Source: a virus | Direction: 5' to 3' (one strand) | IMG/VR virus record: IMGVR_UViG_3300030109_003951 | Coordinates: 1 to 64,000 of that record | Length of the DNA stretch: 64,000 nucleotides | Shown here: piece after piece, positions 43,903-53,884 of the stretch | Layout: each line of letters begins with the position of its first letter | Numbering within the stretch: the first letter of the stretch is position 1 | The notes under the pieces: generated by a model | Seen by the model: the letters and a program-made list of their open reading frames with translations, nothing else | Database searches by the model: none | Told to the model about the DNA's origin: nothing | Position numbers and translations under genes: made by a program

Positions 43903-46451
43903 TGACATTAATAGTTAACAATGACGGAGTAGGAATAAGCCAATTGGTAACACCAGCAAATACTGGTGACGAAACAGCAAGTTTACAAATTAGAGATGGG
44001 CTAGATTTCCCACACTCTGGGGTTTTCAAAGCATTGTATTCTGCGGCTACAGGAAATTACGCATTGAAAAATGGTGCGGCTGGAAGTATGGGATTCAATT
44101 TCACTTATGCTGGTGGAACATCCCCAACAGTAGCAGTTGCAGCAGGTAAAATATTTAGAGACGGGAAATATGTTTCAATAAGTGCTTTAAGCGCACACGC
44201 ATTAACTAGACCAAGTTCTGGTCACTTCTACCATCTAGTAGTAGTCAAAGCAGATAATTCAATGGATGTTAGGGAATCTTCTGCTAATGATGACATCCCA
44301 GAATTAACAGATGGAGATATTCCTATTGGTTTAGTTAAAGTTGCTCACGATGCTAATACTGCAACTGCAAGTTTACCAACACAGTTTTTTACATCACACA
44401 AAACAGACAATAATTTATCAGTAGGTTATGTAAATTCAAATGCATATACTCCGATAGGTGAACTAAGTGCTAGTGCAAGTGGTTTAGCGATTGATGGAAC
44501 AACTGCTACTATAGTTACTACTCCATTTATGTCATTAGGAAATGGTGCTACAAATGCGGGAGCATTAAGATTATTAGAAGATACAGATAATGGCGCACAT
44601 TATACTGGTTTTCAAGCACCTGCGGCAGTTACCGCAAATACACTTTATACTTTACCTGCCGATTATCCAGCAAGTAACAAGGTATTACAATCTACAGATG
44701 CGGGTATCTTAAGTTGGGAAACTATGTCTAGTGGAGCGGCTTTAACTGGTTCAACTGATAATACAATAGTAACTGTTACTGGTGCAAACGCTATTGCTGG
44801 TGAAGCCAATTTAACTTTTGATGGAACAGATTTAAAATTATTAAAAGATGCTAACAACGCAGATGTTTCATTAACTTTAGGTACATCTGACACTGAGGCA
44901 CTTAATCTACAAGTTCTTAACGGCAGTTCTAACAAAACAGCAGAGGAAATTAGAATTACTACAAAAACTGCATCGGGTACAGCAAATCATTCTAAAATAT
45001 CTGTTTACATAGATGAAGTAGAAATCTTAGATATTGATGACGGTGGTATAGATTTAGCATCGGGCAAAACATTTGCAATTGATGGAACTGATTTAGTATC
45101 AAGTCCTATTACTGCATTAAATAATGCAACCGCAAATGAACTTGTTACTGTTGGCTCTACTACAACTGAGTTAGATGCTGAATCCAATTTAACTTTTGAT
45201 GGTAAATCTATGGTGGTTAACACAGATACTTCGGGGGATGGTGCAGAAGATTTAGTAGGGCTTCACGTTGATTTTGATAGAACAGTTGCGGGTTCTGGAA
45301 CAGCCGCACATAACGATATTGGAATTAACTTAGATGTTAACTCTGCTAGTTTAGGAACATCATCTGTTATAGGTATGGACATTGATGTTGTTGGGGCGAC
45401 CAGTGGAACTTCGACAGCAACAGGTCTTACGGTTAATGTGGGTTCAGCAGATACGAATTATGCAGCACTTTTGAATGGTGGTAATGTTGGTATTGGGACT
45501 AGTACTCCTACTGCTCCTTTACATGTATTTACAACTAGTACTGCTGATACATTAAGATTAGAGGTAGATGATGATGGTACTGATACTGCACCCGATTTAG
45601 TTTTCAAAAGAACTAGTGCCGACCCTGCATCGGGAGATACACTTGGTAATATTATTTGGCAAGGTATGAATGATAATGGTAGTGGAACAATAGCAGAACA
45701 TGAATACGCAGATATGTATGCTAGAATAAATACCACTACTGCTGGTTCTGAATCGGGAGAACTATACTTTAGAACTCTTTTATCTGGTACTAGTAGAAGA
45801 AGATTGGATATGTCTTTGACAAAAACTGTAATAAATGAAGACGGTCAAAACATTGATACTAGAATCGAAAGTACTGGTGATATTAATTGTTTTGTTGTTG
45901 ATGCTGGTTTAGATAAAGTAGGAATTGGTCTTGCTACACCTAAAACAAAGTTAACAGTTGAGGGTGCTTTCACACTAAAAGAACAAGCAGATGCCGATGG
46001 TGATACTGCGGCTTACGGTCAATTATGGGTTCATGATGACACACCTAATACATTATATTTTACAAATGATGCAGGTAATGATATACTATTATCAGAAGAA
46101 GTTTTCATAATTTCTTTATCTGATGAAACTACAGACTTAACAACTGGAAATGGTAAAGCAAGTTTCAATATGCCTTTTGCTATGACACTAACTGGTGTAA
46201 AAGCAACTGTTAATACTGCACCAGTAGGCTCAACTATTACAGTAGATATAAATGAAGCAGGGTCAACAATACTTTCTACTAAATTAACAATAGATGCTAG
46301 TGAACTTACTTCTTCATCTGCTGCTGCTGCGCCAGTAATCAGTGATGCTTCTTTAGCGAATGATGCTTTGATAACTTTTGACATAGACCAAATAGGTTCT
46401 TCTACTGCTGGTAAAGGATTAAAGGTTACACTTTATGGATATAGGACATGA
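43902..46451 (+). CDS. Tail fibre / receptor-binding protein
   Basis: GNVGIGTSTP and KVGIG..TP fibre motifs, repeated E.NLTFDG, YTLP..VL.TD.G.LSW. Confidence 0.8.
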   Translation: MTLIVNNDGVGISQLVTPANTGDETASLQIRDGLDFPHSGVFKALYSAATGNYALKNGAAGSMGFNFTYAGGTSPTVAVAAGKIFRDGKYVSISALSAHALTRPSSGHFYHLVVVKADNSMDVRESSANDDIPELTDGDIPIGLVKVAHDANTATASLPTQFFTSHKTDNNLSVGYVNSNAYTPIGELSASASGLAIDGTTATIVTTPFMSLGNGATNAGALRLLEDTDNGAHYTGFQAPAAVTANTLYTLPADYPASNKVLQSTDAGILSWETMSSGAALTGSTDNTIVTVTGANAIAGEANLTFDGTDLKLLKDANNADVSLTLGTSDTEALNLQVLNGSSNKTAEEIRITTKTASGTANHSKISVYIDEVEILDIDDGGIDLASGKTFAIDGTDLVSSPITALNNATANELVTVGSTTTELDAESNLTFDGKSMVVNTDTSGDGAEDLVGLHVDFDRTVAGSGTAAHNDIGINLDVNSASLGTSSVIGMDIDVVGATSGTSTATGLTVNVGSADTNYAALLNGGNVGIGTSTPTAPLHVFTTSTADTLRLEVDDDGTDTAPDLVFKRTSADPASGDTLGNIIWQGMNDNGSGTIAEHEYADMYARINTTTAGSESGELYFRTLLSGTSRRRLDMSLTKTVINEDGQNIDTRIESTGDINCFVVDAGLDKVGIGLATPKTKLTVEGAFTLKEQADADGDTAAYGQLWVHDDTPNTLYFTNDAGNDILLSEEVFIISLSDETTDLTTGNGKASFNMPFAMTLTGVKATVNTAPVGSTITVDINEAGSTILSTKLTIDASELTSSSAAAAPVISDASLANDALITFDIDQIGSSTAGKGLKVTLYGYRT
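44806..45202 (+). repeat. Internal direct repeat in the fibre gene (19 bp identical at 44806-44824 and 45184-45202)
   Basis: ccaatttaacttttgatgg occurs twice; the peptide repeat AL....N..VTV......E.NLTFDG extends further. Confidence 0.7.
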
Positions 46452-46948
46452 TTGATATGGGTATTATTGTTATTAATTCTTATGCTTTTGGTGCTGCTTC
46501 TGCTACTGCTGGAATTACTGCATCTATAGTATCTGATGATGGGGATGGGGATTTACAAGGGGTTTCTAGTAATAATTTTAATGATGGTGAAGTTCTACAA
46601 GTACAATATTCTGGTAGTGGAGGAAGTTCCGTAGCATACACATTTGCTAGAGGTTCTTCAGTAATGGATGTAGGAACTTTAAGTGATGGTCCCGCAGGTG
46701 GTAGACAATCAATGCAAGTTATAGCATGGAAAGGTAATGCTAACCCTGCCAGTGGTAGTGATGTCACTTTATCGGGAACTGGTAGTAGCAATTCTAATGT
46801 TCATACAACTGTTGAAGAAACAGGAACTATTTATGTTATGATTAAAGCCAACTATGGTTCTGATTTTACATTAACTATATCCCAAAACGTAGATAGTGGA
46901 ACTGCTACCGCTTCTGATACTTCCATAACCGTTTTAGATAATACATGA
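46448..46948 (+). CDS. S/G/T-rich beta protein, probable fibre-associated
   Basis: ORF overlapping the fibre stop. Confidence 0.6.
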   Translation: MIDMGIIVINSYAFGAASATAGITASIVSDDGDGDLQGVSSNNFNDGEVLQVQYSGSGGSSVAYTFARGSSVMDVGTLSDGPAGGRQSMQVIAWKGNANPASGSDVTLSGTGSSNSNVHTTVEETGTIYVMIKANYGSDFTLTISQNVDSGTATASDTSITVLDNT

Positions 46949-46955
46949 GGTAAAC

Positions 46956-47075
46956 ATGTCAGAAAAATTATCTCTTACCGTTTTAGAAACATGTGGTTTA
47001 TTTTTGATAGGAATATCTATGATTTCTAGTTTTTTTCTATTCATGTATGTTGTAGTTGAAAAACTGAAAAAGTAA
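46956..47075 (+). CDS. 39-aa single-TM peptide (not in ORF track)
   Basis: GAGGT SD; MSEKLSLTVLETCGLFLIGISMISSFFLFMYVVVEKLKK. Confidence 0.5.
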   Translation: MSEKLSLTVLETCGLFLIGISMISSFFLFMYVVVEKLKK

Positions 47076-47137
47076 AAGTGCAATTTTACCCAAACATACC
47101 CCTTCTACCCCTACCTTTGCGTTGCCACTTTTTTTAG

Positions 47138-47153
47138 TTGTAACATGTTACAA
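47138..47153. repeat. Perfect 16-bp palindrome in the strand-convergence region
   Basis: ttgtaacatgttacaa; gttacaaaaa recurs at 47189-47198. Confidence 0.75.
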
Positions 47154-47231
47154 AAATAAATTGTGTTCACTTTCATTTACAAATACACGTTACAAAAATT
47201 TAACAAAAGAATATTTTAAAAAAAATTAGTT

Positions 47232-47435
47232 TTATGTATTTTCAAACTTCTTCTCTATCTGGAACACTTCTGGTTTTGGCGGACTTCGAGGTTTGATGCT
47301 TACGATAGTTTTCGACTTGGAAGGCTTACTCACAATTAATCCAAAAATAAAAGTCCAAAAGTAAAAAGATAAAGTTAGCATCAAATCATACGACATGACG
47401 CAAGTAAGTTTAATCGAATTATATTTTTTTCCCAA
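47232..47435 (-). CDS. Possible small membrane protein
   Basis: ORF with hydrophobic LMLTLSFYFWTFIFGLIV; start uncertain. Confidence 0.4.
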   Translation of the reverse strand: MGKKYNSIKLTCVMSYDLMLTLSFYFWTFIFGLIVSKPSKSKTIVSIKPRSPPKPEVFQIEKKFENT

Positions 47436-47474
47436 AATCCCTCCGCCTAAGCATCATTGGGAGGGGGGAAATAG

Positions 47475-47615
47475 TTAAGCGTTATTCCAAAAGTAAGAAC
47501 ATTCACTACAGTTCCACAATTTTACATCTGGCCTATTTGATACATATTTTCCTATCAGTCTCAAAGGAATGATTGACTTTTTACAATTAGGACAGTATTG
47601 CCTAATTGAAGCCAT
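47475..47615 (-). CDS. 46-aa zinc-ribbon protein (not in ORF track)
   Basis: MASIRQYCPNCKK...LWNCSECSYFW. Confidence 0.65.
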   Translation of the reverse strand: MASIRQYCPNCKKSIIPLRLIGKYVSNRPDVKLWNCSECSYFWNNA

Positions 47616-47617
47616 CG

Positions 47618-47773
47618 TTACCGTCTTCCACCGTCTTTTTCTTGTTCCATTAATCTTGCCATATATTCTTCGATAGTTGCTTCATCAATATTGCTTGAGC
47701 CGAAGGCTGCGAAGAACAATATAGATATTACCACTAAGAAGAAAAACCAAGCCATTACTTCTGCTGTTTCCAT
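47618..47773 (-). CDS. 51-aa single-TM protein (not in ORF track)
   Basis: METAEVMAWFFFLVVISILFFAAFGSSNIDE... Confidence 0.6.
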   Translation of the reverse strand: METAEVMAWFFFLVVISILFFAAFGSSNIDEATIEEYMARLMEQEKDGGRR

Positions 47774-47792
47774 TCTTTTTCATCTCCTTTTT

Positions 47793-48080
47793 TTAATCGT
47801 GGGGCATTGCTTCTAAATAATTTTTTAATTGTATTAATAATTTTGTTATTTCTTGATACTCTTTTTCTTGTTTTGTGTCATATTGTTTATATTCGCTGCT
47901 GCTTTTATCTCTCGTAAAATATCCCTTCGTTGCCTGTGACGAACCAAAACTAATAATCTCTCCACCCAACTCACCAATTGCATTTATTGCATCTCTTTTA
48001 CTTTTGATTTGTTTAACAATATCTTCTTTTTTAATTTCCTCATTACTAAATCCTGTTCCTGTAAAATTTTGCATTACCAA
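47793..48080 (-). CDS. Hypothetical protein
   Basis: ORF. Confidence 0.55.
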   Translation of the reverse strand: MVMQNFTGTGFSNEEIKKEDIVKQIKSKRDAINAIGELGGEIISFGSSQATKGYFTRDKSSSEYKQYDTKQEKEYQEITKLLIQLKNYLEAMPHD

Positions 48081-48661
48081 TCAACCCCGATTTCAATTAC
48101 GCTATCTTGCACTTGACTATAAGCCTTTACCATGTTTTCTTTACCATGCTTCCACAAATCATATACTAATTTAGTATCTTTTGCACAATAATCCATAACA
48201 GTGTCATATTCTCCAGATTTCCACAATGCTGGTGCTTGGACACTTTCTAAAGATTTTTTCTCTCCTAAATTATAGTGAACTAGATTTTCTAAATGGAATC
48301 TTTCTCCTTGAGTCTTATTCAAGATAGTGCTAGTATCAATATATCTTTTTTCTGTTAAGTATTTGTGAATGCAACCAATGTGTGTCGTTGGTGAATCTCT
48401 TAATACTGGTAAATCAAATCCACGAATGTTATGGCCCAATAAGAAACCACCTTTCTCAAAATGGTCATCTAAATCAAACTTTAATTGTCTAAGAGGAAAT
48501 ACCCCTTCTTTTTGAATATCATTTTCATCTGCGTAAGTTTTCATTGTTGTGCCATCATATGTGCAAACTGTAGAAACTACAAACATGTGAGTGTTGCCCC
48601 AACCACCTATTTCATTGGAAAGATTTTTTGTTTCCAAATCTAAGGCCATTACATTACTCAA
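48074..48661 (-). CDS. DEDD/RNase H-like 3'-5' exonuclease (YprB-like)
   Basis: LDLET, GHNIRGFD, YCAKD. Confidence 0.82.
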   Translation of the reverse strand: MSNVMALDLETKNLSNEIGGWGNTHMFVVSTVCTYDGTTMKTYADENDIQKEGVFPLRQLKFDLDDHFEKGGFLLGHNIRGFDLPVLRDSPTTHIGCIHKYLTEKRYIDTSTILNKTQGERFHLENLVHYNLGEKKSLESVQAPALWKSGEYDTVMDYCAKDTKLVYDLWKHGKENMVKAYSQVQDSVIEIGVDW

Positions 48662-48717
48662 TTAATACCACCTACTACAAGACGCTATTTCATAAATCGA
48701 AAGCCAAGTAGTAGTGT

Positions 48718-48963
48718 TCATTGTTTATCGCTCCAAAGATTTAGTAGTTCTTTTTTCTTCTCATCTTCTTTGCCTTCTGGTTCTTCTGGCTCAACTGCTC
48801 TTTTCATATAAGCACATAATTTTACACCAGCAACAGGTAACAAGGAACACAATTCCCAACCATCTGCACCATGAGTATTCAAGACCTCTTGAATAATTTT
48901 TGGCCCCTTCTCTATATCAAATACTATGAAATCGTATTCCCAATTCATTCTTGTTTCCTCCAT
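48718..48963 (-). CDS. DUF4177-like small protein
   Basis: WEY...LNTHGADGWEL...YMKR. Confidence 0.6.
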   Translation of the reverse strand: MEETRMNWEYDFIVFDIEKGPKIIQEVLNTHGADGWELCSLLPVAGVKLCAYMKRAVEPEEPEGKEDEKKKELLNLWSDKQ

Positions 48964-50534
48964 TTTATGTAGTAAGTACGTCCTACTTGTTTCTCCTCAA
49001 AGTATTCTGATACTTTATCTTTATTCCAATATCGCCATATTGTGACTGTTCCTTTACCCATTTGGGATGCAACCTTGTCTAAACATGTCTTTTTGTGGAC
49101 AAATCCTTCTGAGTCCTTAGAGCATGAATCAAATGCCTCTTTGAAACATTTTAATCTAATAGATTGTTCCAATAATACATTTGCCCCATCTCCCCTTATA
49201 CTATTTTGTAACCATTCTATCAAATAATCATAACATGGTTCTACAATTTTTCTTGCTTGATGCATATTTTTAGCAGTGACTATAAATTTACCTTGTGTTC
49301 TGTTAACTGATTCAATAGCACAAATCAAAGTAGAAAATATCATTTCATATTGTATTAGATTGATTTGGAATGACCTTGCAAGTTTTCTTATTTTAGGTGA
49401 GTGGTGAATAATTGCATTTTCCATTTGATTGTAAGATATTCTCAACACTTCCTTAGCATTAGGGTCAAAATTAAAAACTCTAGATTTAACCTTAACATCA
49501 TTATATCTTTTTTCTACTTCTTCATAGATTCTAACCATAGCCTTTGCGAATCTCTCACAATCTGGGAAACCATCGAATTCTTCCCCTAACCCATCAATGA
49601 ATGTATCTCTTTGTAAATAAAGCATGTCTTCATCTACTTCTCTAACATAAACTAATGCCCTTTGCAATGCACCACTGTTAAACAATATTTCTAAAAAATT
49701 GTTAGGAACATATGTCGTTGCGTACATTGAACGCTGACAATCACAAACTATTTCCTTGTCCCCTCCTGCCAATCTTTTACGAATGACATTAGAAGAACTT
49801 TCTAAACCATTCATGAATTTTTGAAGATATACTAACACGTTGTCATTGTTTGCTTTTTTCTTGAATATACCACTTGATTCAAATTCATCCCATTGTGCAA
49901 GACCGCTCCCTTCTAAACCACCTTGTATGAAAATTTGTCTGTTTATTCTTACGTCATTTGGGCCTAAGAAGTCGTTTGGTAAAGTGGGTACATCGTCAAA
50001 CATTTGTGTCAAATCTTCATCAGATAGGTCTTCTAGTTCCATGTTGTTATTATCTAACCAATTCATTACTCTTTGTCTAAGGGTGTTGTCAAATGAACCA
50101 TTAGTCCCGAAAGAACCTATCATTGCAGCATCAGTTGCTTCAACTATTTCAAACACATCGAATTTACTTGCTTCATCGTTATCTTCATTTTTAGTGTTAA
50201 GGTCTTCAAATACCATATCACAAACAGACTCTAACATTTTCCATATTGCGGTTTTACCAGTCCTTGCTGTTTGAAACCAAGCAAAATGAACTCTGGGGTC
50301 GATACGTTGTGCTTTTACTGGAATGGTATAGAAGTCTTTCAAAATTTGCCCAAGTATCATAAAGAAAGATATTGTAGCAGGAAATTCATTTTGAATAGAA
50401 AACTGACTTGCCGTTTCTACATAATCCTTTACCAACTTAGGTAATTCGTAATCTTGTCCTTCTGGCATGGGTATGTTTAAATTTGGAACCTCGTCCATAA
50501 AGTCTCTAAAGTCATCTTCAAATCCGTCAATCAT
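48945..50534 (-). CDS. Divergent MCM-like AAA+ ATPase, putative replicative helicase
   Basis: Walker A ARTGKT, Walker B WDEFE, putative Arg finger ALQR, C-terminal winged-helix-like region. Confidence 0.6.
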   Translation of the reverse strand: MIDGFEDDFRDFMDEVPNLNIPMPEGQDYELPKLVKDYVETASQFSIQNEFPATISFFMILGQILKDFYTIPVKAQRIDPRVHFAWFQTARTGKTAIWKMLESVCDMVFEDLNTKNEDNDEASKFDVFEIVEATDAAMIGSFGTNGSFDNTLRQRVMNWLDNNNMELEDLSDEDLTQMFDDVPTLPNDFLGPNDVRINRQIFIQGGLEGSGLAQWDEFESSGIFKKKANNDNVLVYLQKFMNGLESSSNVIRKRLAGGDKEIVCDCQRSMYATTYVPNNFLEILFNSGALQRALVYVREVDEDMLYLQRDTFIDGLGEEFDGFPDCERFAKAMVRIYEEVEKRYNDVKVKSRVFNFDPNAKEVLRISYNQMENAIIHHSPKIRKLARSFQINLIQYEMIFSTLICAIESVNRTQGKFIVTAKNMHQARKIVEPCYDYLIEWLQNSIRGDGANVLLEQSIRLKCFKEAFDSCSKDSEGFVHKKTCLDKVASQMGKGTVTIWRYWNKDKVSEYFEEKQVGRTYYIKWRKQE

Positions 50535-51226
50535 TGTCTCACCTTTTCTTCTGAATTTAATATATTTAATAGTCTTTCGGCAGTTACTTTGCCTATGCCT
50601 TTGATTTTAAGAATATCCGAAACTTCGTTTTCCCCTATCTCCATAATACAACCAAAATGTTCTAACAACAATCTTGCTTTTGGCCTAGTAAGACCTTTTA
50701 ACATTGCCAACATATCTACTCTGATGTCCTCTGTTGTTATCTTTTTAATTATTGTGGGTTCAATGACCGCTCTTTTATTTGGAGCCATTTTTATAATAGT
50801 CATTAATTCATCAATAACATTTACTTCGCTATCTTTCCAAATAACATCTACATCATAATCTAGCCTTATCCTACCAACTGCACCCATAAATTTTTGTTTT
50901 AACCAAATAGATTTTGAGCGGTAATCAGAACTACCTCCTGTACTGTGAGTCATGAATTTATCTACTGCTTCTAATACTGTCCCATGAATAACAACAAAAT
51001 TTCTTTGATAGTTTCTATCCATGTTATCTATTTGATTCCAAATTCTTTTGTTTAATACAGACTGCAAAAAATCTTGAGAAGATTTTATTTCAAAACAGAT
51101 GTCACCAAATACATAGTCGCCAACCTTTAATCTTTTTCTCTCAGTTAATATTCCCATCTTACCCGCTTTCTCTTGCACTACATTTGTAAAGGAAGATTTT
51201 TCTCTATCATCAATAATTAAAGCCAC
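50531..51226 (-). CDS. ERCC4/XPF structure-specific endonuclease with HhH domain
   Basis: IIDDRE, GDY..., EIKS..DF..S, IKGIGKVTA. Confidence 0.88.
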   Translation of the reverse strand: MALIIDDREKSSFTNVVQEKAGKMGILTERKRLKVGDYVFGDICFEIKSSQDFLQSVLNKRIWNQIDNMDRNYQRNFVVIHGTVLEAVDKFMTHSTGGSSDYRSKSIWLKQKFMGAVGRIRLDYDVDVIWKDSEVNVIDELMTIIKMAPNKRAVIEPTIIKKITTEDIRVDMLAMLKGLTRPKARLLLEHFGCIMEIGENEVSDILKIKGIGKVTAERLLNILNSEEKVRQ

Positions 51227-51480
51227 TAATCTTCCCTCCTAAATAAAGTGTGTTGTTTCGGTTTATGATAAATATATACTGGATTACTCCTAAGATATTT
51301 ACTCAACCTAACCGATTGAGGTACATATAGAGTTCCCTTTCTAACAATGAGGTCTTCTATAATACCTTTCAAACTTCTTTCTTTCCCGTCTTTCATAATT
51401 TCATCTACCCAGTCTTGCCAATAAGACCTTCTTTTTCTCTCTATCCTTGGTGCTTTTTTCATTCTGGAAACCTCCAACAT
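51226..51480 (-). CDS. Small basic winged-helix-like protein
   Basis: ORF; helical pattern similar to 55089..55313. Confidence 0.55.
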   Translation of the reverse strand: MLEVSRMKKAPRIERKRRSYWQDWVDEIMKDGKERSLKGIIEDLIVRKGTLYVPQSVRLSKYLRSNPVYIYHKPKQHTLFRRED

Positions 51481-52472
51481 TTTCCGATACAGTAACCTTC
51501 TGGTATTAATATTTCAGAACAACTGGGCGCATTATAACCCTTCTTCACAATACCTGTTACATATTTTCTAGTAAGGGTTTCATTCCAATCTAGCCAAATA
51601 TTTTGACCTAAACCCTCTATTGATTTTAATTCATTCATAATTTTTTCAATGACTACTGGTTGGTCTTCCATTGCTATTTTAGCAGTAGTTGACCCACCAC
51701 CCAATATAGTTCTCCACCAAGATATAAGATATACTCTTGCAGCATGAGAGGGATTTTGAACCATAATTGCGTTATATAAACAAGGCAATACTGATAGTTT
51801 TCCCAACTTTCTCACTTCCGCAATTTCCTTCGGTGCTGCCGATAGTACTTGAACTTCTGGCCAATTAACTAATTTTTCACCATAAGTTTTTCTTGTGTGA
51901 CTTTTAGATTTAGCCATGTCCATTGTGAATTTTTCTAACTGCTCTGTAGTCAATGGAATACAATATAGTTGAGATGCCATGTTCATAGTATTAACAATTC
52001 TTCTATGCCTTCCTATTTGAACACCACAATCATCTAAAGTTTCATACTTCCATTGTTTGAACCAAGATTGTATTTGTCTAATATCTGTCGCTCTTTCACC
52101 ATACACATGAATGTGAAATCCTCGACCACTAAACACAATGTCATGTTTAATGTTGTTATTTAGCAACACCCTAGCACAATGCAAAGTGTCTTTTCTAGCC
52201 TGTTCAAGTTGGTCATCATGAGCATCAAAATCTAAAAACACCCTATCTAATATGACAGTTCTTTGTATAGGAACACCTGTCGTCCTACCCCAAGTATCTA
52301 CCTTATCTGTAAATTGTTCATAGTCATATACATTAGTGTAACAATTTCTCCTGCCACTATTTATCTTTACCAAGTCTGCATATTCTTCTTTATTCCAAAC
52401 AACAATCCTTGGTGATTGCCCATCAGTAGAAAGATGTGACCCAAACCAAACTTCTCTAGGAAACCTCATCAA
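51459..52472 (-). CDS. Archaeo-eukaryotic primase, PriS catalytic domain fused to PriL-like Fe-S domain
   Basis: FLDFD, SGRGFHIH; C-terminal LPCL...H..R...PSC...GYC..KC. Confidence 0.85.
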   Translation of the reverse strand: MMRFPREVWFGSHLSTDGQSPRIVVWNKEEYADLVKINSGRRNCYTNVYDYEQFTDKVDTWGRTTGVPIQRTVILDRVFLDFDAHDDQLEQARKDTLHCARVLLNNNIKHDIVFSGRGFHIHVYGERATDIRQIQSWFKQWKYETLDDCGVQIGRHRRIVNTMNMASQLYCIPLTTEQLEKFTMDMAKSKSHTRKTYGEKLVNWPEVQVLSAAPKEIAEVRKLGKLSVLPCLYNAIMVQNPSHAARVYLISWWRTILGGGSTTAKIAMEDQPVVIEKIMNELKSIEGLGQNIWLDWNETLTRKYVTGIVKKGYNAPSCSEILIPEGYCIGKCWRFPE

Positions 52473-52618
52473 AACACCAAAACAAATATTGTGATAATTG
52501 TTGCGATGTTGACACCATTAACCATCATCAATATTCGATTACTGAATTGTAAAGTTTTATGGATTTCTTCCAACGTCTCATTTAACTTATCTTGTCCCTC
52601 TATTATTTTATCATACAT
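52469..52618 (-). CDS. 49-aa coiled-coil plus C-terminal TM peptide (not in ORF track)
   Basis: MYDKIIEGQDKLNETL...IATIITIFVLVF. Confidence 0.5.
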   Translation of the reverse strand: MYDKIIEGQDKLNETLEEIHKTLQFSNRILMMVNGVNIATIITIFVLVF

Positions 52619-52619
52619 A

Positions 52620-53030
52620 TTATACCCTCTTTACTTTTACGTTACCGCCTCTTGTTTTTATCTCGCCTTCCTTTGGCGGCTCTGATTCCTTTATAGGTTC
52701 TTCTACTGGTTCTGGTGGTAGCGGTGGTATTTCTTCCACAACTGGAAACGACACATGGTCGCCAAAAGAAACAGTAGCCGACTCAAATTTATTTTGAAAT
52801 ACAACCATTATTTCCTTTGTTAACTGCCCTTTGACTAATGGTGGGAACACCATAGCAAAAGTTCCTTGTGGAATATTACATTCCCACACTAATTTTATTT
52901 TTTCAGTATTAGTCATTTCCATGTATAGTTCTTCTGCCAATTGGTTGGCGACCTCTTTTAATTTCAATAAGTCTGAAAACTTCCATTCTTGCTTTTCTAT
53001 TTTTTTTATTATTTTATCTTTCATTACCAA
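52620..53030 (-). CDS. Hypothetical protein with Pro/Glu-rich tail
   Basis: ORF. Confidence 0.65.
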   Translation of the reverse strand: MVMKDKIIKKIEKQEWKFSDLLKLKEVANQLAEELYMEMTNTEKIKLVWECNIPQGTFAMVFPPLVKGQLTKEIMVVFQNKFESATVSFGDHVSFPVVEEIPPLPPEPVEEPIKESEPPKEGEIKTRGGNVKVKRV

Positions 53031-53884
53031 TCCTCCAATCCTGTTTCTCCTGCTGTTTCACATAGTCCTAAGAAAGAGCAGTGTTGACATTTTTTATAAT
53101 AAAAAGATGCTGGAAACTGATTGTTCTCATAAGCCCATATCAACTTAGCAAATCTTTTCTTTAGTGCTGTCGAAGAAGAATTTTTGACCTCCTCTAAATA
53201 GCAGTAATTACTTTCTGGATAATACCAACCCCATTTTGTTATAGGGCCAAATAAATTTTCTCCGTTTTCATCTACGGCTAATTCCATTAGCAATTTGTAA
53301 AAAGCCATCTCCCCTCTCATGTGACTGAGTTTAGTATCTTTCCAAAGTCCTGTTTTTAATTCCATAGGAAAGCAGTGACCGTCTTCGATAAAAACCCTAT
53401 CAATGATTCCTTGTAAATGTACAATGTAACTTCTTTTTAATTCGTATTTAGGGTCAGCATCAAAAGGAATAAGTAATTGTGCATCTAATCGTATTTCATT
53501 TTCAACGGGGATAAAAGAACTTAGTGCATCGTTTTCTTTAGATTGTAAAAACCTTTGAGTTTCAAAAGCAACTACATTGTCATAGACATCACCATAATCA
53601 TCTATAGGAAATAATGCTGTAAAATAATCATACAATTCATCTTCATTCATATTTTCTGCTTTCTTAATATCGAATTCATCCCATAAATTTTCATAAGCAT
53701 TGTGTACAGTAGAACCTTTAATCATTGCAGGAGAAGAATCTTGAGGCAACCTTTCTATGTATTGGTGTAGATATTGTCTATTACACCATTTAAAAGTGCT
53801 TAAAGACGATTTAGTAACCTTCAATATAGGTTTAGTGTCATCATCAAAATTTTCTGGGTTCCATTGGTATGTGTATTCTTGCAT
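53024..53884 (-). CDS. Cas4-like / RecB-family PD-(D/E)xK nuclease
   Basis: WC..., GSTVH, GIIDR, ELKTG, C-terminal CQHC...C; no CRISPR context. Confidence 0.82.
   Translation of the reverse strand: MQEYTYQWNPENFDDDTKPILKVTKSSLSTFKWCNRQYLHQYIERLPQDSSPAMIKGSTVHNAYENLWDEFDIKKAENMNEDELYDYFTALFPIDDYGDVYDNVVAFETQRFLQSKENDALSSFIPVENEIRLDAQLLIPFDADPKYELKRSYIVHLQGIIDRVFIEDGHCFPMELKTGLWKDTKLSHMRGEMAFYKLLMELAVDENGENLFGPITKWGWYYPESNYCYLEEVKNSSSTALKKRFAKLIWAYENNQFPASFYYKKCQHCSFLGLCETAGETGLEDW

Noticed and set aside
167-46791. Many 60-180-aa antisense ORFs in the + arm (and sense-strand shadows in the - arm)
   Set aside because: They lie fully opposite long, motif-bearing genes, have Ser/Leu/Phe-rich shadow composition and no SD
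43902-46948. Diversity-generating retroelement or invertase-based fibre switching
   Set aside because: No reverse transcriptase, recombinase or template/variable repeat pair; the only repeat is a short in-frame internal duplication
47438-47467. ccctcc...ggaggg hairpin as a tRNA or defined terminator
   Set aside because: Only a 6-bp stem with a long loop and no cloverleaf; too weak to call
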